From Oryzomonas japonica (GTDB taxonomy: Bacteria; Desulfobacterota; Desulfuromonadia; Geobacterales; Pseudopelobacteraceae): a stretch of 64,000 nt of DNA. A model generated the notes under the pieces. It was not told the DNA's origin. It was given only the letters and a program-made list of their open reading frames with translations, and searched no databases. The stretch's first letter is position 1; every line of letters starts with the position of its first letter. This document shows positions 19,505 through 29,265 of this stretch, one piece after another. The stretch covers positions 129,501-193,500 of the forward strand of contig NZ_VZQZ01000011.1 of NCBI RefSeq assembly GCF_008802365.1, written 5' to 3'. The position numbers and the translations under genes are program-made.

Positions 19505-19954
19505 TTATAGTGTTTTTTCCATCAACAGCGCGTCCTCGACGCCTTCGTAGTACTTCGTCCGCATCCCGGTCCGGGAGAAACCGAACCGTTCGTAGAGGGC
19601 GATGGCTGCCCGGTTGGAGGCGCGGACTTCCAACCTCATGATCCCGGCCTGTTTCCCTTGGGCGATGGCAACGGCATGCTCCAGCAGCGCCCGGGCGATA
19701 CCCCGCCCCCGCAAGTGCGGCGCCACGACGATGTCCAGAATCTCGGCCTCTTCGAAAAGCGACATCAGGCAGACATAACCGCCCACCGCGCCTTCGATGA
19801 CGGCGACGAACGGAAACGAATGGGGTGACGCAAGTTCGTGCAGGAAATGTTCATAGCGCCAGGGATGGGGAAAGGAGGCCTGCTCAATGGCCAGCACGCT
19901 CTCCAGATCGGCCTTGGTCATGGGGCGGATATCAACGGTTCCCGGTGCAGACAT
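19505..19954 (-). CDS. rimI: ribosomal-protein-alanine N-acetyltransferase (GNAT family)
   Basis: GNAT motifs (ILDIVVAPHLRGRGIARALLEHA; ASNRAAIALYERFGF). Start chosen at MSAPGTVDIRPMTKADL. The longer ORF to 20098 lacks an RBS and looks like an extension artefact. Confidence 0.7.
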   Translation of the reverse strand: MSAPGTVDIRPMTKADLESVLAIEQASFPHPWRYEHFLHELASPHSFPFVAVIEGAVGGYVCLMSLFEEAEILDIVVAPHLRGRGIARALLEHAVAIAQGKQAGIMRLEVRASNRAAIALYERFGFSRTGMRTKYYEGVEDALLMEKTL

Positions 19955-20183
19955 GGGAAAATATGATAGGCAAACAACCGGGTAAAGTAAACGATTTTGT
20001 ACGGCCAGGGTCTGCATCGGTCCCACAATCCCGCCCCATGAATCGCCCTGCGCCACGCAAGGCGCATATTTCGGCAAAAAGCACCGTCTGAACGGCAAAA
20101 CCGGCGTATAATACTATCCAGAGGTAGAGCACGAGCCGGTTCAGGGAGACGACGTCGCCGTTTGCCGGCAGAGGAGGTGTGCC

Positions 20184-20546
20184 ATGAAAGGACGTGAGAT
20201 ACTGACAACCGTCAAGGAGCGGGCAACAGCGGATCATTGCTTCGTCAAGTGGTGGCGCAAGGAAGAGGATTTTCTCGATTACGAACTGCTTGACCGGTTC
20301 CTGGAACATGCCACGGAAAGTGAAGAGATCGGCGGCCTGCAACTATTGACCATGAACGAGATGCGGGATGAAGTCAAACGGATCGGTGGGACACGGGTGA
20401 AGTTCATCCATGAGGCGTCCGGAGACAAAATCGAATGGGTGCATCGGGCCAAGGAAGGTGTGCGTACCCACATCTGCGCCTATACGCCCGAGGCGCTGAT
20501 GACGATCTTCGACGTGGAGACCCACGGCAATCCGGTCGATTCCTGA
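20184..20546 (+). CDS. hypothetical protein
   Basis: 120-aa ORF. RBS GAGGAGG upstream. Confidence 0.5.
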   Translation: MKGREILTTVKERATADHCFVKWWRKEEDFLDYELLDRFLEHATESEEIGGLQLLTMNEMRDEVKRIGGTRVKFIHEASGDKIEWVHRAKEGVRTHICAYTPEALMTIFDVETHGNPVDS

Positions 20547-20667
20547 GATATGCCCGGACCTGAAGGCTGCCGGCCGATGATCGGCAGCCTTTTTTATGCC
20601 GATGCCTGACGCGGGACAGCGTCCAGGAGCATCGACTTCATGCGGCAACCACTAAGGAGAATCATCC

Positions 20668-22086
20668 ATGACAACCGGCAGCACACCCGACCTGATCATC
20701 CTTGGCTCCGGCTCCACCGCCTTTGCGGGGGCGTTGCGCGCCACCTCCCACGGCGCGCGGGTACTCATGTTCGAAAAGAGCGTTCTGGGAGGCACCTGCA
20801 TCAATTGGGGCTGTATCCCCAGCAAGACCCTCATCCACGCGGCCCTGTTCAATCACGAGGCTCATCTGGGGATGAGGCTCGGGCTCGGGCTTGAGGATGG
20901 CAGGCAGGGCGTCGCTTGCGAGACGCTCTTCGCCCACCGGGAAAAGGTCGTGCACAAACTCCGCCAGGAGCGCTACCTGGACGTGCTCAAAAACATGTCC
21001 GGCCTGGAACTCGTCAAGGGGACCGCACGCTTTATCGACCCGCACACCATCGAGGCCAACGACAAGCGGTATCGCTGCGACCGTTTTCTTGTCGCGGTGG
21101 GTGGCAAGCCGCGCATCCCCCCTATTCCGGGGATCGAAGGGTGCAACTATCTGACGAGCCGGAGCGCCCTGCTGATGAAAGAGCTTCCCCAATCCCTGGT
21201 CATAGTGGGGGGCGGCGTCATTGCCGTCGAACTGGGGCAGATGTACCATCGCTTGGGCAGTCGTGTGACGATCCTAGAACACGGACCGCGCCTCTTGCCG
21301 ACCGTGGAGCGGGAAGTGGCCGAAGCGCTTCGCGCGGTGCTGATGGGGGAAGGCATCAAGGTGGTGACGGATGTGACCATCTGTTCGGCCGATCGTGCGG
21401 GGGATGTGAATGTACTCTCCGCCGATGTGTGCGGCAGGCGCCACGAATACACCGCCCAACGGCTGCTCCTGGCGGTGGGGACCGGACCGGCCACGGAAGG
21501 GCTCGGCCTGGAACAGGCGAACGTGGGGACGGACCCGAAGGGCTTTATTGTCACCGATGGGCGCATGCGCACCTCAACCGATGGCATCTGGGCGGCCGGG
21601 GACGTGACCGGCAAGATGCTGATCGCCACGGTGGGAGCCCGTCAGGCCATCGTGGCGGTCGACGACATGTTCAACGAGGGGTGCGGCTGCACCATGGACT
21701 ACCTGTCGGCCCCCATGGCGGTCTTCACGGACCCGGAGATCGGCATGGTGGGCCATACCGAGGAGAGCGCCCGGCAGGCCGGTTTTGACGTGGCGGTCAA
21801 TACCATGCCGGTCAGCGCCATCCCCAAGGCCCACGTCACCGGCCATACCGCCGGGGTGATCAAGATGATCGCCGACCGGCCGACCGGGCGGCTCCTGGGG
21901 GTGCACCTGGCCTGCCACCGGGGGGCGGACCTGATCAATGAGGCGGCCCTGGCCCTCCACCTGAAGGCGACCGTGGCGGATCTGGCCACCACCATGCACG
22001 TCTACCCTTCCATCGGCGAGGGGTTGAAACTCTGCGCCCAGGGGTTCGATAGGGATATCAGCAGGCTCTCCTGCTGCGCCGAGTGA
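20668..22086 (+). CDS. class I pyridine-nucleotide-disulfide oxidoreductase, MerA-like (C-terminal CC pair, no N-terminal HMA domain)
   Basis: FAD site GSGSTAFAGAL. Redox disulfide GGTCINWGCIPSK. C-terminal ..RLSCCAE, as in mercuric-reductase-type enzymes. Confidence 0.75.
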   Translation: MTTGSTPDLIILGSGSTAFAGALRATSHGARVLMFEKSVLGGTCINWGCIPSKTLIHAALFNHEAHLGMRLGLGLEDGRQGVACETLFAHREKVVHKLRQERYLDVLKNMSGLELVKGTARFIDPHTIEANDKRYRCDRFLVAVGGKPRIPPIPGIEGCNYLTSRSALLMKELPQSLVIVGGGVIAVELGQMYHRLGSRVTILEHGPRLLPTVEREVAEALRAVLMGEGIKVVTDVTICSADRAGDVNVLSADVCGRRHEYTAQRLLLAVGTGPATEGLGLEQANVGTDPKGFIVTDGRMRTSTDGIWAAGDVTGKMLIATVGARQAIVAVDDMFNEGCGCTMDYLSAPMAVFTDPEIGMVGHTEESARQAGFDVAVNTMPVSAIPKAHVTGHTAGVIKMIADRPTGRLLGVHLACHRGADLINEAALALHLKATVADLATTMHVYPSIGEGLKLCAQGFDRDISRLSCCAE

Positions 22087-22247
22087 TCCAGCACCCGTCT
22101 TCACGGCATCTTCGCCCCGCCCTCAATCGCACAATCCTCGACGTAGCGCTGCTACGCCTGCGGTCTTGCTCAATCGGCCAGGGCAAATCTTCCGCAAATC
22201 CGGGCGCGGTCCTGGTGGCAGTTATTTATGGATAAGCTCTAAAAAGG

Positions 22248-22381
22248 TTATAGAAAGACTCAGGTTGTTCAAAAATAGTCAGATCGTCGCACCCGCAGAA
22301 TGCACCGAGGAGACGTAGCAGCGCTACGCCGCACGAAAGGGCGTTCGAGGATGGCGGCGAGATGGCTGTTTTTCAACAACC
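22248..22381 (+). repeat. MITE-like intergenic repeat, copy 3
   Basis: About 90% identical to copy 4 over 134 bp. Confidence 0.8.
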
Positions 22382-22388
22382 TGTTCCA

Positions 22389-23843
22389 TCAGATACCGCC
22401 CATGCAGAGGTACTTGATCTCCAGGAAGTCATCGACGCCGTACCGGGAACCCTCCCGGCCGACCCCCGATTCCTTCACCCCGCCGAAGGGGGCGACCGCG
22501 GACGAGATGAGGCCGGTATTGATGCCGACAATCCCGTATTCCAGGGCCTCCGCGACCCGCCAGACCCGGCCCATGTCCCGGCTGTAGAAGTAGGAGGCCA
22601 GCCCAAACTCGGTGTCGTTGGCCATGCCTACCGCCTCTTCGTCGGTGGTGAAACGGAACAGGGGCGCCAGGGGGCCGAAGGTCTCTTCCCGGGCCACCGC
22701 CATGGCTGGGGTGACATCGGCCAGAATGGTGGGCTGGAAGAAGCTGCCGCCAAGTTCGTGCCGCCCTCCGCCGGTGACGATGCGCGCCCCCTTGGCGAGT
22801 GCGTCGGCGATGTGTTCTTCCACCTTCTCCACGGCCTTCATGTCGATCAGCGGCCCCTGCTGGGTCTCCCCCTTGAGCCCGTCGCCCACCTTCAGCCTGG
22901 CCACGGCAGCGGACAATTTTTCCGCAAAGGCGTCGTAGACGCCGGCCTGCACGAGGAAGCGGTTGGTGCAGACGCAGGTCTGGCCGGTGTTGCGGTACTT
23001 GGAGGCGATGGCCCCCTCCACCGCGGCATCCAGGTCGGCATCGTCGAACACAATAAAGGGGGCGTTGCCGCCCAACTCCATGGCCACCTTCTTGACCGTC
23101 CCGGCGCACTGCTGCATGAGCAGCTTGCCGATTTCCGTCGAGCCGGTGAAGGTCAGCTTGCGGACAATGGGGTTGGCGGTCATCTCGCCGCCGATGGCGC
23201 CGGAGACCCCGGTGACCACGTTAAACACCCCGGCCGGGATACCGGCCCGCTCGGCCAACACAGCCAGCGCCAGAGCCGAATAGGGGGTCTGGCTGGCCGG
23301 TTTGAGGACCATGGTGCAGCCGACGGCCAGGGCGGGTCCGGCCTTGCGGGTGATCATGGCGGCGGGGAAGTTCCAGGGGGTGATGGCGGCGCAAACGCCG
23401 ATCGGTTCCTTGATGACAACGATCCGCTTGTCGTTCTGAACCGTGGGGATGGTGTCGCCGTAGACCCGCTTTCCTTCCTCGGCAAACCATTCGATGAACG
23501 AGGCGGCATAGGCGATCTCGCCCCGGGATTCGGCCAGCGGCTTGCCCTGTTCGGCGGTCATCAGGATCGCCAGGTCCTCCTGGTTTTCCAACAGCAACTC
23601 GTACCAGCGGCGCAGGAGCCGGGAACGATCCGCAGCGGTCCTGGCCCGCCAGGCCGGATAGGCCGCGTTGGCCGCCTCGATGGCGGTGCGGGTCTCAGCC
23701 CCCCCCATCCTGGGAACCGTGCCGATGACCTCGTCGGTGGCGGGATTATTGACCGAAATGGTGCCACCGTCCGCGGCATGAAGCCACTGGCCGTCGATAT
23801 AGCATTGCTGGCGAAAAAGGGTCGGGTCTTGTAAGGTGAGCAT
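22389..23843 (-). CDS. gabD: succinate-semialdehyde dehydrogenase (NAD(P)+), aldehyde dehydrogenase family
   Basis: 484 aa. ALDH catalytic region (FTGSTEIGK; LGGNAPFIVF; QTCVCTNR) and an N-terminus typical of GabD. Confidence 0.8.
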   Translation of the reverse strand: MLTLQDPTLFRQQCYIDGQWLHAADGGTISVNNPATDEVIGTVPRMGGAETRTAIEAANAAYPAWRARTAADRSRLLRRWYELLLENQEDLAILMTAEQGKPLAESRGEIAYAASFIEWFAEEGKRVYGDTIPTVQNDKRIVVIKEPIGVCAAITPWNFPAAMITRKAGPALAVGCTMVLKPASQTPYSALALAVLAERAGIPAGVFNVVTGVSGAIGGEMTANPIVRKLTFTGSTEIGKLLMQQCAGTVKKVAMELGGNAPFIVFDDADLDAAVEGAIASKYRNTGQTCVCTNRFLVQAGVYDAFAEKLSAAVARLKVGDGLKGETQQGPLIDMKAVEKVEEHIADALAKGARIVTGGGRHELGGSFFQPTILADVTPAMAVAREETFGPLAPLFRFTTDEEAVGMANDTEFGLASYFYSRDMGRVWRVAEALEYGIVGINTGLISSAVAPFGGVKESGVGREGSRYGVDDFLEIKYLCMGGI

Positions 23844-24233
23844 GATGTCAATCCTCCGTCGGGATAGTCAGGGGCACGCCGGCACTGCCGGTGGCTGCTA
23901 TTTTACCCCAAAGCCTTGTGAAGTAAAGTGTTGGATAACGCCAGGGCTGAAGCATGCCGAGCAAGAGGAGCCATTCATGCTTTTGTATTTCAGAGCGACC
24001 TGAATCCGTGGTGCCGGAACGGTGGAGTGAGCGACATGCCGGAGTCAAACACCGCCCGTGAAGCACCATGCCGCCAGTGTCGTGTGTACTCCGTCACGGA
24101 GAAGCCCCGGCCGGCACAGCGAAGACTGAGGCATGCCCAGCGAGTGGAGCCGTGAGGGCGCCACGGATTCAAGGCACTTAAAGCTTGCCCCCCACGTCAT
24201 TTCGGCCACAGTTTCATCCTGTGACAATTCCCC

Positions 24234-24262
24234 TTGACACATTAGACCGACCGGTCTATTTT
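24234..24262 (+). promoter_or_regulatory. sigma70-like promoter (TTGACA -35) overlapped by TetR-type operator palindrome TAGACCG-ac-CGGTCTA
   Basis: Seen directly, 12-36 nt upstream of the tetR start. Confidence 0.45.
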
Positions 24263-24269
24263 TACTCCC

Positions 24270-24857
24270 ATGAAAAAGAAAGACACACGAGGCGAGATCA
24301 TTCGGATCGGCACCGAGATGATCGCCCGCCAAGGATACAACGCCACCGGCATCGACGCCGTTCTGAAGGAGGCCGGCGTCCCCAAGGGGTCGTTCTACCA
24401 CTACTTCAGGAGCAAGGAAGATTTCGGCTTGGCGGTGATCGATCACTTCGCCGAACGCTTCGAACGACGCATGGAGGAGTTCCTCAGCAACGAGCACCTT
24501 GCGCCGCTCGACCGCATCCGCGATTTTTTTGAGAGCGGCCTGACGCGCGTAACCCAGAACCAGTGCACCAAGGGATGCCTGATCGGCAACCTGGGGCAGG
24601 AACTGGCAGACCTGAACGAGCGCTTCCGCGCCCGGCTGGATGAGATCTTCGGCATGTGGCGGGAACGCTTTGCCGCCTGCCTGCGCGAGGCCCAGAACCG
24701 GAGCGAGCTTTCCGGCGCTGTCGATCCGGCGATAACCGCCGGTTTCATCCTTTCCGGCTGGGAAGGTGCGATCCTGCGGGCCAAGGTGATGAAATCGCCC
24801 CAGCCGATGCGGGACTTCGTCGATCTCCTCTTCAGCGCCATCCTGGGGCAGAAGTAA
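24270..24857 (+). CDS. TetR/AcrR family transcriptional regulator
   Basis: N-terminal HTH (GYNATGIDAVLKEAGVPKGSFYHYFRSKEDF). Confidence 0.8.
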   Translation: MKKKDTRGEIIRIGTEMIARQGYNATGIDAVLKEAGVPKGSFYHYFRSKEDFGLAVIDHFAERFERRMEEFLSNEHLAPLDRIRDFFESGLTRVTQNQCTKGCLIGNLGQELADLNERFRARLDEIFGMWRERFAACLREAQNRSELSGAVDPAITAGFILSGWEGAILRAKVMKSPQPMRDFVDLLFSAILGQK

Positions 24858-24877
24858 GCCCTTTATTTATCCCAAAT

Positions 24878-24896
24878 ATAGTTGACCGGTCTATTA
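24878..24896 (+). promoter_or_regulatory. second operator-like half-site pair (ATAGTTGACCGGTCTATTA) upstream of the flavin reductase gene
   Basis: Shares the core GACCGGTCTA with the site at 24243-24258. Confidence 0.35.
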
Positions 24897-24930
24897 TCGT
24901 CAGATTGGCGAACCAACCAAGGAGGAACCG

Positions 24931-25515
24931 ATGAAACAATCCGTTGGAGCAAAGACACTGGCCACCCCAACACCGGTGTGGCTGGTTGGCACCTATGATG
25001 AAGCAGGCACGCCAAACATCATGACCGCTGCCTGGGGCGGCATCTGCTGTTCCCAGCCCCCCTGCCTGGCGGTATCCCTGCGCAAGGCGACCTACAGCCA
25101 TGCCGCCATCGTGGCGCGCAAGGCCTTCACCGTCAGCATCCCGTCCCAGGCCCAGGTGGCGCAGGCCGACTATGTGGGGACCGTATCGGGCCGCGACGGA
25201 GACAAATTCGCCGCCTGCGGCTGGACGGCGGTGCGGAGCGACCTGGTGGACGCCCCCTACGTGGACGAGGTACCGCTGGTGGTGGAGTGCCGCCTGTTGC
25301 ATATCCATGAACTGGGCCTGCACACCCAGTTCGTGGGAGAGATCGTGGACGTCAAAGCGGACGAGGCGCTTATCGGTGCCAAGGGATACCCGGACATCAC
25401 CAAAGTCAGGCCGATAATCTGGGACACGGCCCACATGGGGTACTACGGCCTGGGGGAATTCCTGGGCAAGGCGTGGGAGATCGGCAAGACCATCACAACG
25501 GAGGGAATGAAATGA
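24931..25515 (+). CDS. flavin reductase-like (FMN-binding split-barrel) domain protein
   Basis: LVGTYDEAGTPNIMTAAWGGICCSQPPCLAVSLRK is a flavin-reductase-like domain signature. Confidence 0.7.
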   Translation: MKQSVGAKTLATPTPVWLVGTYDEAGTPNIMTAAWGGICCSQPPCLAVSLRKATYSHAAIVARKAFTVSIPSQAQVAQADYVGTVSGRDGDKFAACGWTAVRSDLVDAPYVDEVPLVVECRLLHIHELGLHTQFVGEIVDVKADEALIGAKGYPDITKVRPIIWDTAHMGYYGLGEFLGKAWEIGKTITTEGMK

Positions 25516-26081
25516 AAATCGTTTGTCTGCTGGGAAGCCCCCGCACCAAGGGGAGCAGTGCCACCATCGCCAACCATCTCCTGAAAACCGCCGGGAATCT
25601 GGGGGCAGAAACGCGATCCTTTGAATTGAACCGTCTTGCCTACCGCGGTTGCCAGGCGTGCTATGCCTGCAAGACCAAGCTCGACCGATGCGCGCTCAAA
25701 GACGATCTGAGCGAGGTATTGGCCGCGGTGAGCGAGGCGGACGCGGTGGTGCTAGCCTCACCGGTCTATTACGGCGACATCACCAGCCAGCTCAAGGGTT
25801 TTATCGACCGCAGCTACTCCTACCTGGTCCCCGATTATATTACCAACCCGCAGCCAAGCCGCCTGGCGCCCAAAAAACTGGTCTTCGTCCAGACCCAGGG
25901 GCAACCGGAAGAGACGGCATTTTCCGATATCTTCCCGCGGTACGAAGGGTTCCTGAAATGGATGGGGTTCAGCGAAACCACACTGATCCGCGCCTGCGGC
26001 ATCGGCCCCGGTAGAACCGACGTCGTTCCGGGACATATCCTGCAACAGGCCGAGGAAGCGGCACGCGCCTTGATGGCATAG
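25512..26081 (+). CDS. NADPH-dependent FMN reductase / flavodoxin-like (iron-sulfur flavoprotein type)
   Basis: MKIVCLLGSPRTKGSS...CQACYACK...VVLASPVYYGDITSQLKGFIDR. Start overlaps the upstream stop. Paralogue of 27904..28557. Confidence 0.7.
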   Translation: MKIVCLLGSPRTKGSSATIANHLLKTAGNLGAETRSFELNRLAYRGCQACYACKTKLDRCALKDDLSEVLAAVSEADAVVLASPVYYGDITSQLKGFIDRSYSYLVPDYITNPQPSRLAPKKLVFVQTQGQPEETAFSDIFPRYEGFLKWMGFSETTLIRACGIGPGRTDVVPGHILQQAEEAARALMA

Positions 26082-26104
26082 GCCCGGGAAGAAAGGAGAC
26101 GGGG

Positions 26105-26944
26105 ATGGAAGAGCGCATCCGCACCATGATCTGCCGCTTTGTCGGGGAAAGTCCGGCCGGCCGCTTTCCCGAGAGCGATGAGCCGTATTTCGATGAACCG
26201 CTGGTCGGCTATGCCGCTGCCGACGACCCACTCTTCGATGACTACAAACGGATCATCGGAGCGTTTCACCGTACGCCGCACGAGGTGATGGAGATCGGTT
26301 TCGGCACCGGCGTGCGGGCGTCCACGGTCATTTCCTGGATTCTGCCCATCACCCAGCCGACGCGGGACAGCAACCGCCGGGAAACGGTCTATCCCTCCCC
26401 GGCCTGGGCCCGTACCCGGAACTTCGGCGAGCAACTCAACGCCGCGTTGCGCCGCCATGTGACGGAGTGGCTGGCCGAACAGGGACACCGCGCCGTGGCG
26501 CCCCAACTGGAAGCGACCTGGCGCGAATACCCCGAAACCCCGGTCGGGAGGGCCTCTACCTGGTCGGAGCGCCACGCCGCCTATGCAGCCGGCTTGGGCA
26601 CCTTCAGCCTGAACGACGCCCTGATCACCCCCCGTGGGATCGCCCATCGCTGCGGCAGCGTCATTACCGACCTGCCCCTGACGCCGAGCCCGCGCCCGTA
26701 CCCCGACCACTATCACAACTGCCTCTATTACCGGGAGAAGAGTTGCGGCGCCTGCATCGGACGTTGCCCGGCCGGGGCTATTTCGCACCAGGGACACGAT
26801 AAGGACGCCTGCAGCCGTTACGTCTACGGCACGGCGGTGGCGGCGGTCGCGGAGAAATACGGCGTGGCGCAGACCGGGTGCGGCCTCTGCCAGACCAGGG
26901 TCCCGTGCGAGGGGCAAATCCCGGCCGGAACGAACGACGCTTGA
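26105..26944 (+). CDS. QueG/reductive-dehalogenase-like 4Fe-4S protein (epoxyqueuosine-reductase-like C-terminal module)
   Basis: WSERHAAYAAGLGTFSLNDALITPRGIAHRCGSVITDLPL then CLYYREKSCGACIGRCPAGAI and a second Cys cluster. Paralogous to 44837..46198. Confidence 0.55.
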   Translation: MEERIRTMICRFVGESPAGRFPESDEPYFDEPLVGYAAADDPLFDDYKRIIGAFHRTPHEVMEIGFGTGVRASTVISWILPITQPTRDSNRRETVYPSPAWARTRNFGEQLNAALRRHVTEWLAEQGHRAVAPQLEATWREYPETPVGRASTWSERHAAYAAGLGTFSLNDALITPRGIAHRCGSVITDLPLTPSPRPYPDHYHNCLYYREKSCGACIGRCPAGAISHQGHDKDACSRYVYGTAVAAVAEKYGVAQTGCGLCQTRVPCEGQIPAGTNDA

Positions 26945-27017
26945 CTTCACGGAACACGAACGTCCGCCGTGAGCATTCTGCAGTTCCAACAGCAGGTTTC
27001 ACTTCAAGGAGGAAAGA

Positions 27018-27821
27018 ATGAGTCTGGTAACGATTGATCACAGCACCTGCCGGCGTGACGGCATGTGCAGCGAAGTATGCCCGCCGGCGCTTTTTGAGGT
27101 GGATGGGGAGGGATTTCCCGTTTTCCGTGCCGGTGGAGAGCAGGACTGCATCACCTGCGGTCACTGTGTCGCCGTCTGTCCCCAGGGGGCGGTTCACCAC
27201 GAAAAAATTCCCCTGGAGGAGTCGCTCCCCATCGATCCCGCCCTGACGGTTTCCGTCCCGGCCCTGAACCAGCTCGTGAGGAGCCGCCGTTCGGTCAGGG
27301 AATTCCGGGATGAGCCGGTGCCCCAGGCCCTGGTCAAGCAGGTTATCGAAGTGGCCCGGTGGGCCCCCTCGGCCGTGAACCGCCAGCCGGTGCACTGGCT
27401 GGTGATCCAGACTCCGTCCGAGGTGAAGCGCCTGGCCGGACTGGTGATCGATTACCTGCGCCAGAGCAACAAGCTGGAACCGCGCTACACCCGGTATATC
27501 GACTTGTGGGAACAGGGCAAGGACCCGATCCTACGCAATGCGCCCCACCTGGCCGTTATCCACGCCCCGGACGAATGGCTCTGGAGTTCGGTGGACAGCA
27601 CCATCGCCCTGACCCAGTTTGAATTGGCGGCCGTCGCCCAGGGCATCGGCACCTGCTGGGCCGGCTTCCTGATGCGTGCGGCCAACGGGCATCCTCCGCT
27701 CAAGGAGACGCTCGGCATCCCCGAGGATCACAGCGTCTACGGGGCGCTGATGTATGGTTTTCCCCGCTATCGTTACCCCCGCGTCCCACCGCGCCAGGAG
27801 GCGCGAATCCAGTGGAGATGA
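27018..27821 (+). CDS. ferredoxin-nitroreductase fusion (N-terminal 2x[4Fe-4S] ferredoxin, C-terminal nitroreductase)
   Basis: CRRDGMCSEVCP and CITCGHCVAVCP, then RRSVREFRDEPVPQALVKQVIEVARWAPSAVNRQP. Confidence 0.8.
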   Translation: MSLVTIDHSTCRRDGMCSEVCPPALFEVDGEGFPVFRAGGEQDCITCGHCVAVCPQGAVHHEKIPLEESLPIDPALTVSVPALNQLVRSRRSVREFRDEPVPQALVKQVIEVARWAPSAVNRQPVHWLVIQTPSEVKRLAGLVIDYLRQSNKLEPRYTRYIDLWEQGKDPILRNAPHLAVIHAPDEWLWSSVDSTIALTQFELAAVAQGIGTCWAGFLMRAANGHPPLKETLGIPEDHSVYGALMYGFPRYRYPRVPPRQEARIQWR

Positions 27822-27903
27822 TCGGGCTGCCGGCGCTGATGTCGAACAAAAGGAAACATGACGTGAAAATCTCAAAAAAAGTCCTAGTGCGGAGGTGTAA
27901 CTG

Positions 27904-28557
27904 ATGAAGGTCATTGCCATAAACGGAAGTCCGAGAAAAAAATGGAACACGGCGACCCTGCTGGGCAAGGCCCTGGAAGGGGCCGCCGCGCAGGGGGCCG
28001 AGACCGAGCTTGTCCACCTCTACGACCTTGACTACAAAGGGTGCGTGAGCTGTTTCGCCTGCAAGACCCGAGGGGGCAAGAGTTACGGCACTTGCGGTTT
28101 CACCGACGGCTTGACGCCGGTCCTGAACAGGATCATCGAGGCCGACGCCCTGATCATCGGGTCGCCGATCTATTTCGGCTCGGTGACCGGCGAGACCCGC
28201 TCCTTCCTTGAGCGCCTGCTGTTTCCCTACCTGACCTACACCCTGCCCTATGCATCCATAGCCCCCAAGCAGATCGCCACCGGGTTCATCTATACGATGA
28301 ATGTCACGGACGAACAGAGCACGACGTACGGCTACGAGCACCTTTTCAACTCCCATGCCCGTTACCTGCAACTGATCTTCGGGCAGCAGCCCGAAACGTT
28401 GTGCAGCTTCGACACTTGTCAGGTCAGCGATTACTCCAAGGTGCTGATCGAGAGTTTCGACCCCGTTCACAAGGCAAAGCGGCGCGAGGAGGTATTTCCC
28501 CAGGACTGCCAGCAGGCGTATGACTTGGGGGCCAGGCTTGCCGGGAAGGGGCAATGA
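27904..28557 (+). CDS. NADPH-dependent FMN reductase / flavodoxin-like protein (paralogue 2)
   Basis: MKVIAINGSPRKKWNT...CVSCFACK...LIIGSPIYFGSVTGETRSFLERL. Confidence 0.7.
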   Translation: MKVIAINGSPRKKWNTATLLGKALEGAAAQGAETELVHLYDLDYKGCVSCFACKTRGGKSYGTCGFTDGLTPVLNRIIEADALIIGSPIYFGSVTGETRSFLERLLFPYLTYTLPYASIAPKQIATGFIYTMNVTDEQSTTYGYEHLFNSHARYLQLIFGQQPETLCSFDTCQVSDYSKVLIESFDPVHKAKRREEVFPQDCQQAYDLGARLAGKGQ

Positions 28558-28558
28558 C

Positions 28559-28987
28559 ATGACGGAGCAGGCGAAGAACTTCACAGCAGCCCATATCGGC
28601 CCGTTGGAAGGCCTTTTGAACCACGACTTCCGCGGACTCAAGGGCAAGTATTTCATCGGCGGGGAGTTGGGACTTACCGGCTGCGAGGCTTCCCTCAACC
28701 GGCTTCCGGCCGGCAAGGCCATGCCTTTTGTCCATGCCCACAGGAAAAACGAAGAGCTCTACATCGTGCTGCGCGGCAACGGCACGTTCTTCGTGGACGG
28801 CGACGAATTCCCGGTCCAGGAGGGAAGCTTGGTACGGGTGGCCCCCCAGGGCGAGCGGTCGTGGAAAGCCGGCGATGAGGACCTGTACTTCATCTGCATC
28901 CAGGCCGAGGAAAGCAGCCTGAGCCAGGCCACCCTGGAGGATGGATTTCGCATCCCGACGGCCAAGGCGTCCTGGATGGCGGAGTAG
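28559..28987 (+). CDS. cupin-domain protein
   Basis: HAHRKNEELYIVLRGNGTFFVDGDEFPVQEGSLVRV is a cupin beta-barrel motif. Confidence 0.6.
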   Translation: MTEQAKNFTAAHIGPLEGLLNHDFRGLKGKYFIGGELGLTGCEASLNRLPAGKAMPFVHAHRKNEELYIVLRGNGTFFVDGDEFPVQEGSLVRVAPQGERSWKAGDEDLYFICIQAEESSLSQATLEDGFRIPTAKASWMAE

Positions 28988-29220
28988 GCCCAAACCGGAC
29001 AGGATTGTTGCGGCATTACCTGCAAAAGCCCCGTTTCCCGGATGGGAGGCGGGGCTTTTGCGCGCCAGGTGGTACGCGCCCAGCCTCGTGACGCTTTTCA
29101 TGCTCAGCAGGCCGGAAAAACCATACGACGGCTACCGACCTTCCGGGCGGCAGTTCCTCCCTTGGAGGGGACCATAAGAACCCCTTGACAGGCCATTGTA
29201 AACATTATAAATTGGCCACA

Positions 29221-29240
29221 TTGAATGACCATTCATTCAA
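29221..29240 (+). promoter_or_regulatory. candidate TetR operator, perfect 8-bp inverted repeat TTGAATGA-ccat-TCATTCAA
   Basis: Seen directly, 26 nt upstream of the second tetR start. Confidence 0.4.
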
Positions 29241-29265
29241 TTCCAACGGGATTGGGGTCAGGAAC

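Noticed and set aside
19955-20098. Extended RimI N-terminus (start at 20098)
   Set aside because: The extra 48 residues are Cys/Pro-rich with no GNAT homology. The internal start MSAPGTVDIRP gives the canonical 150-aa size.
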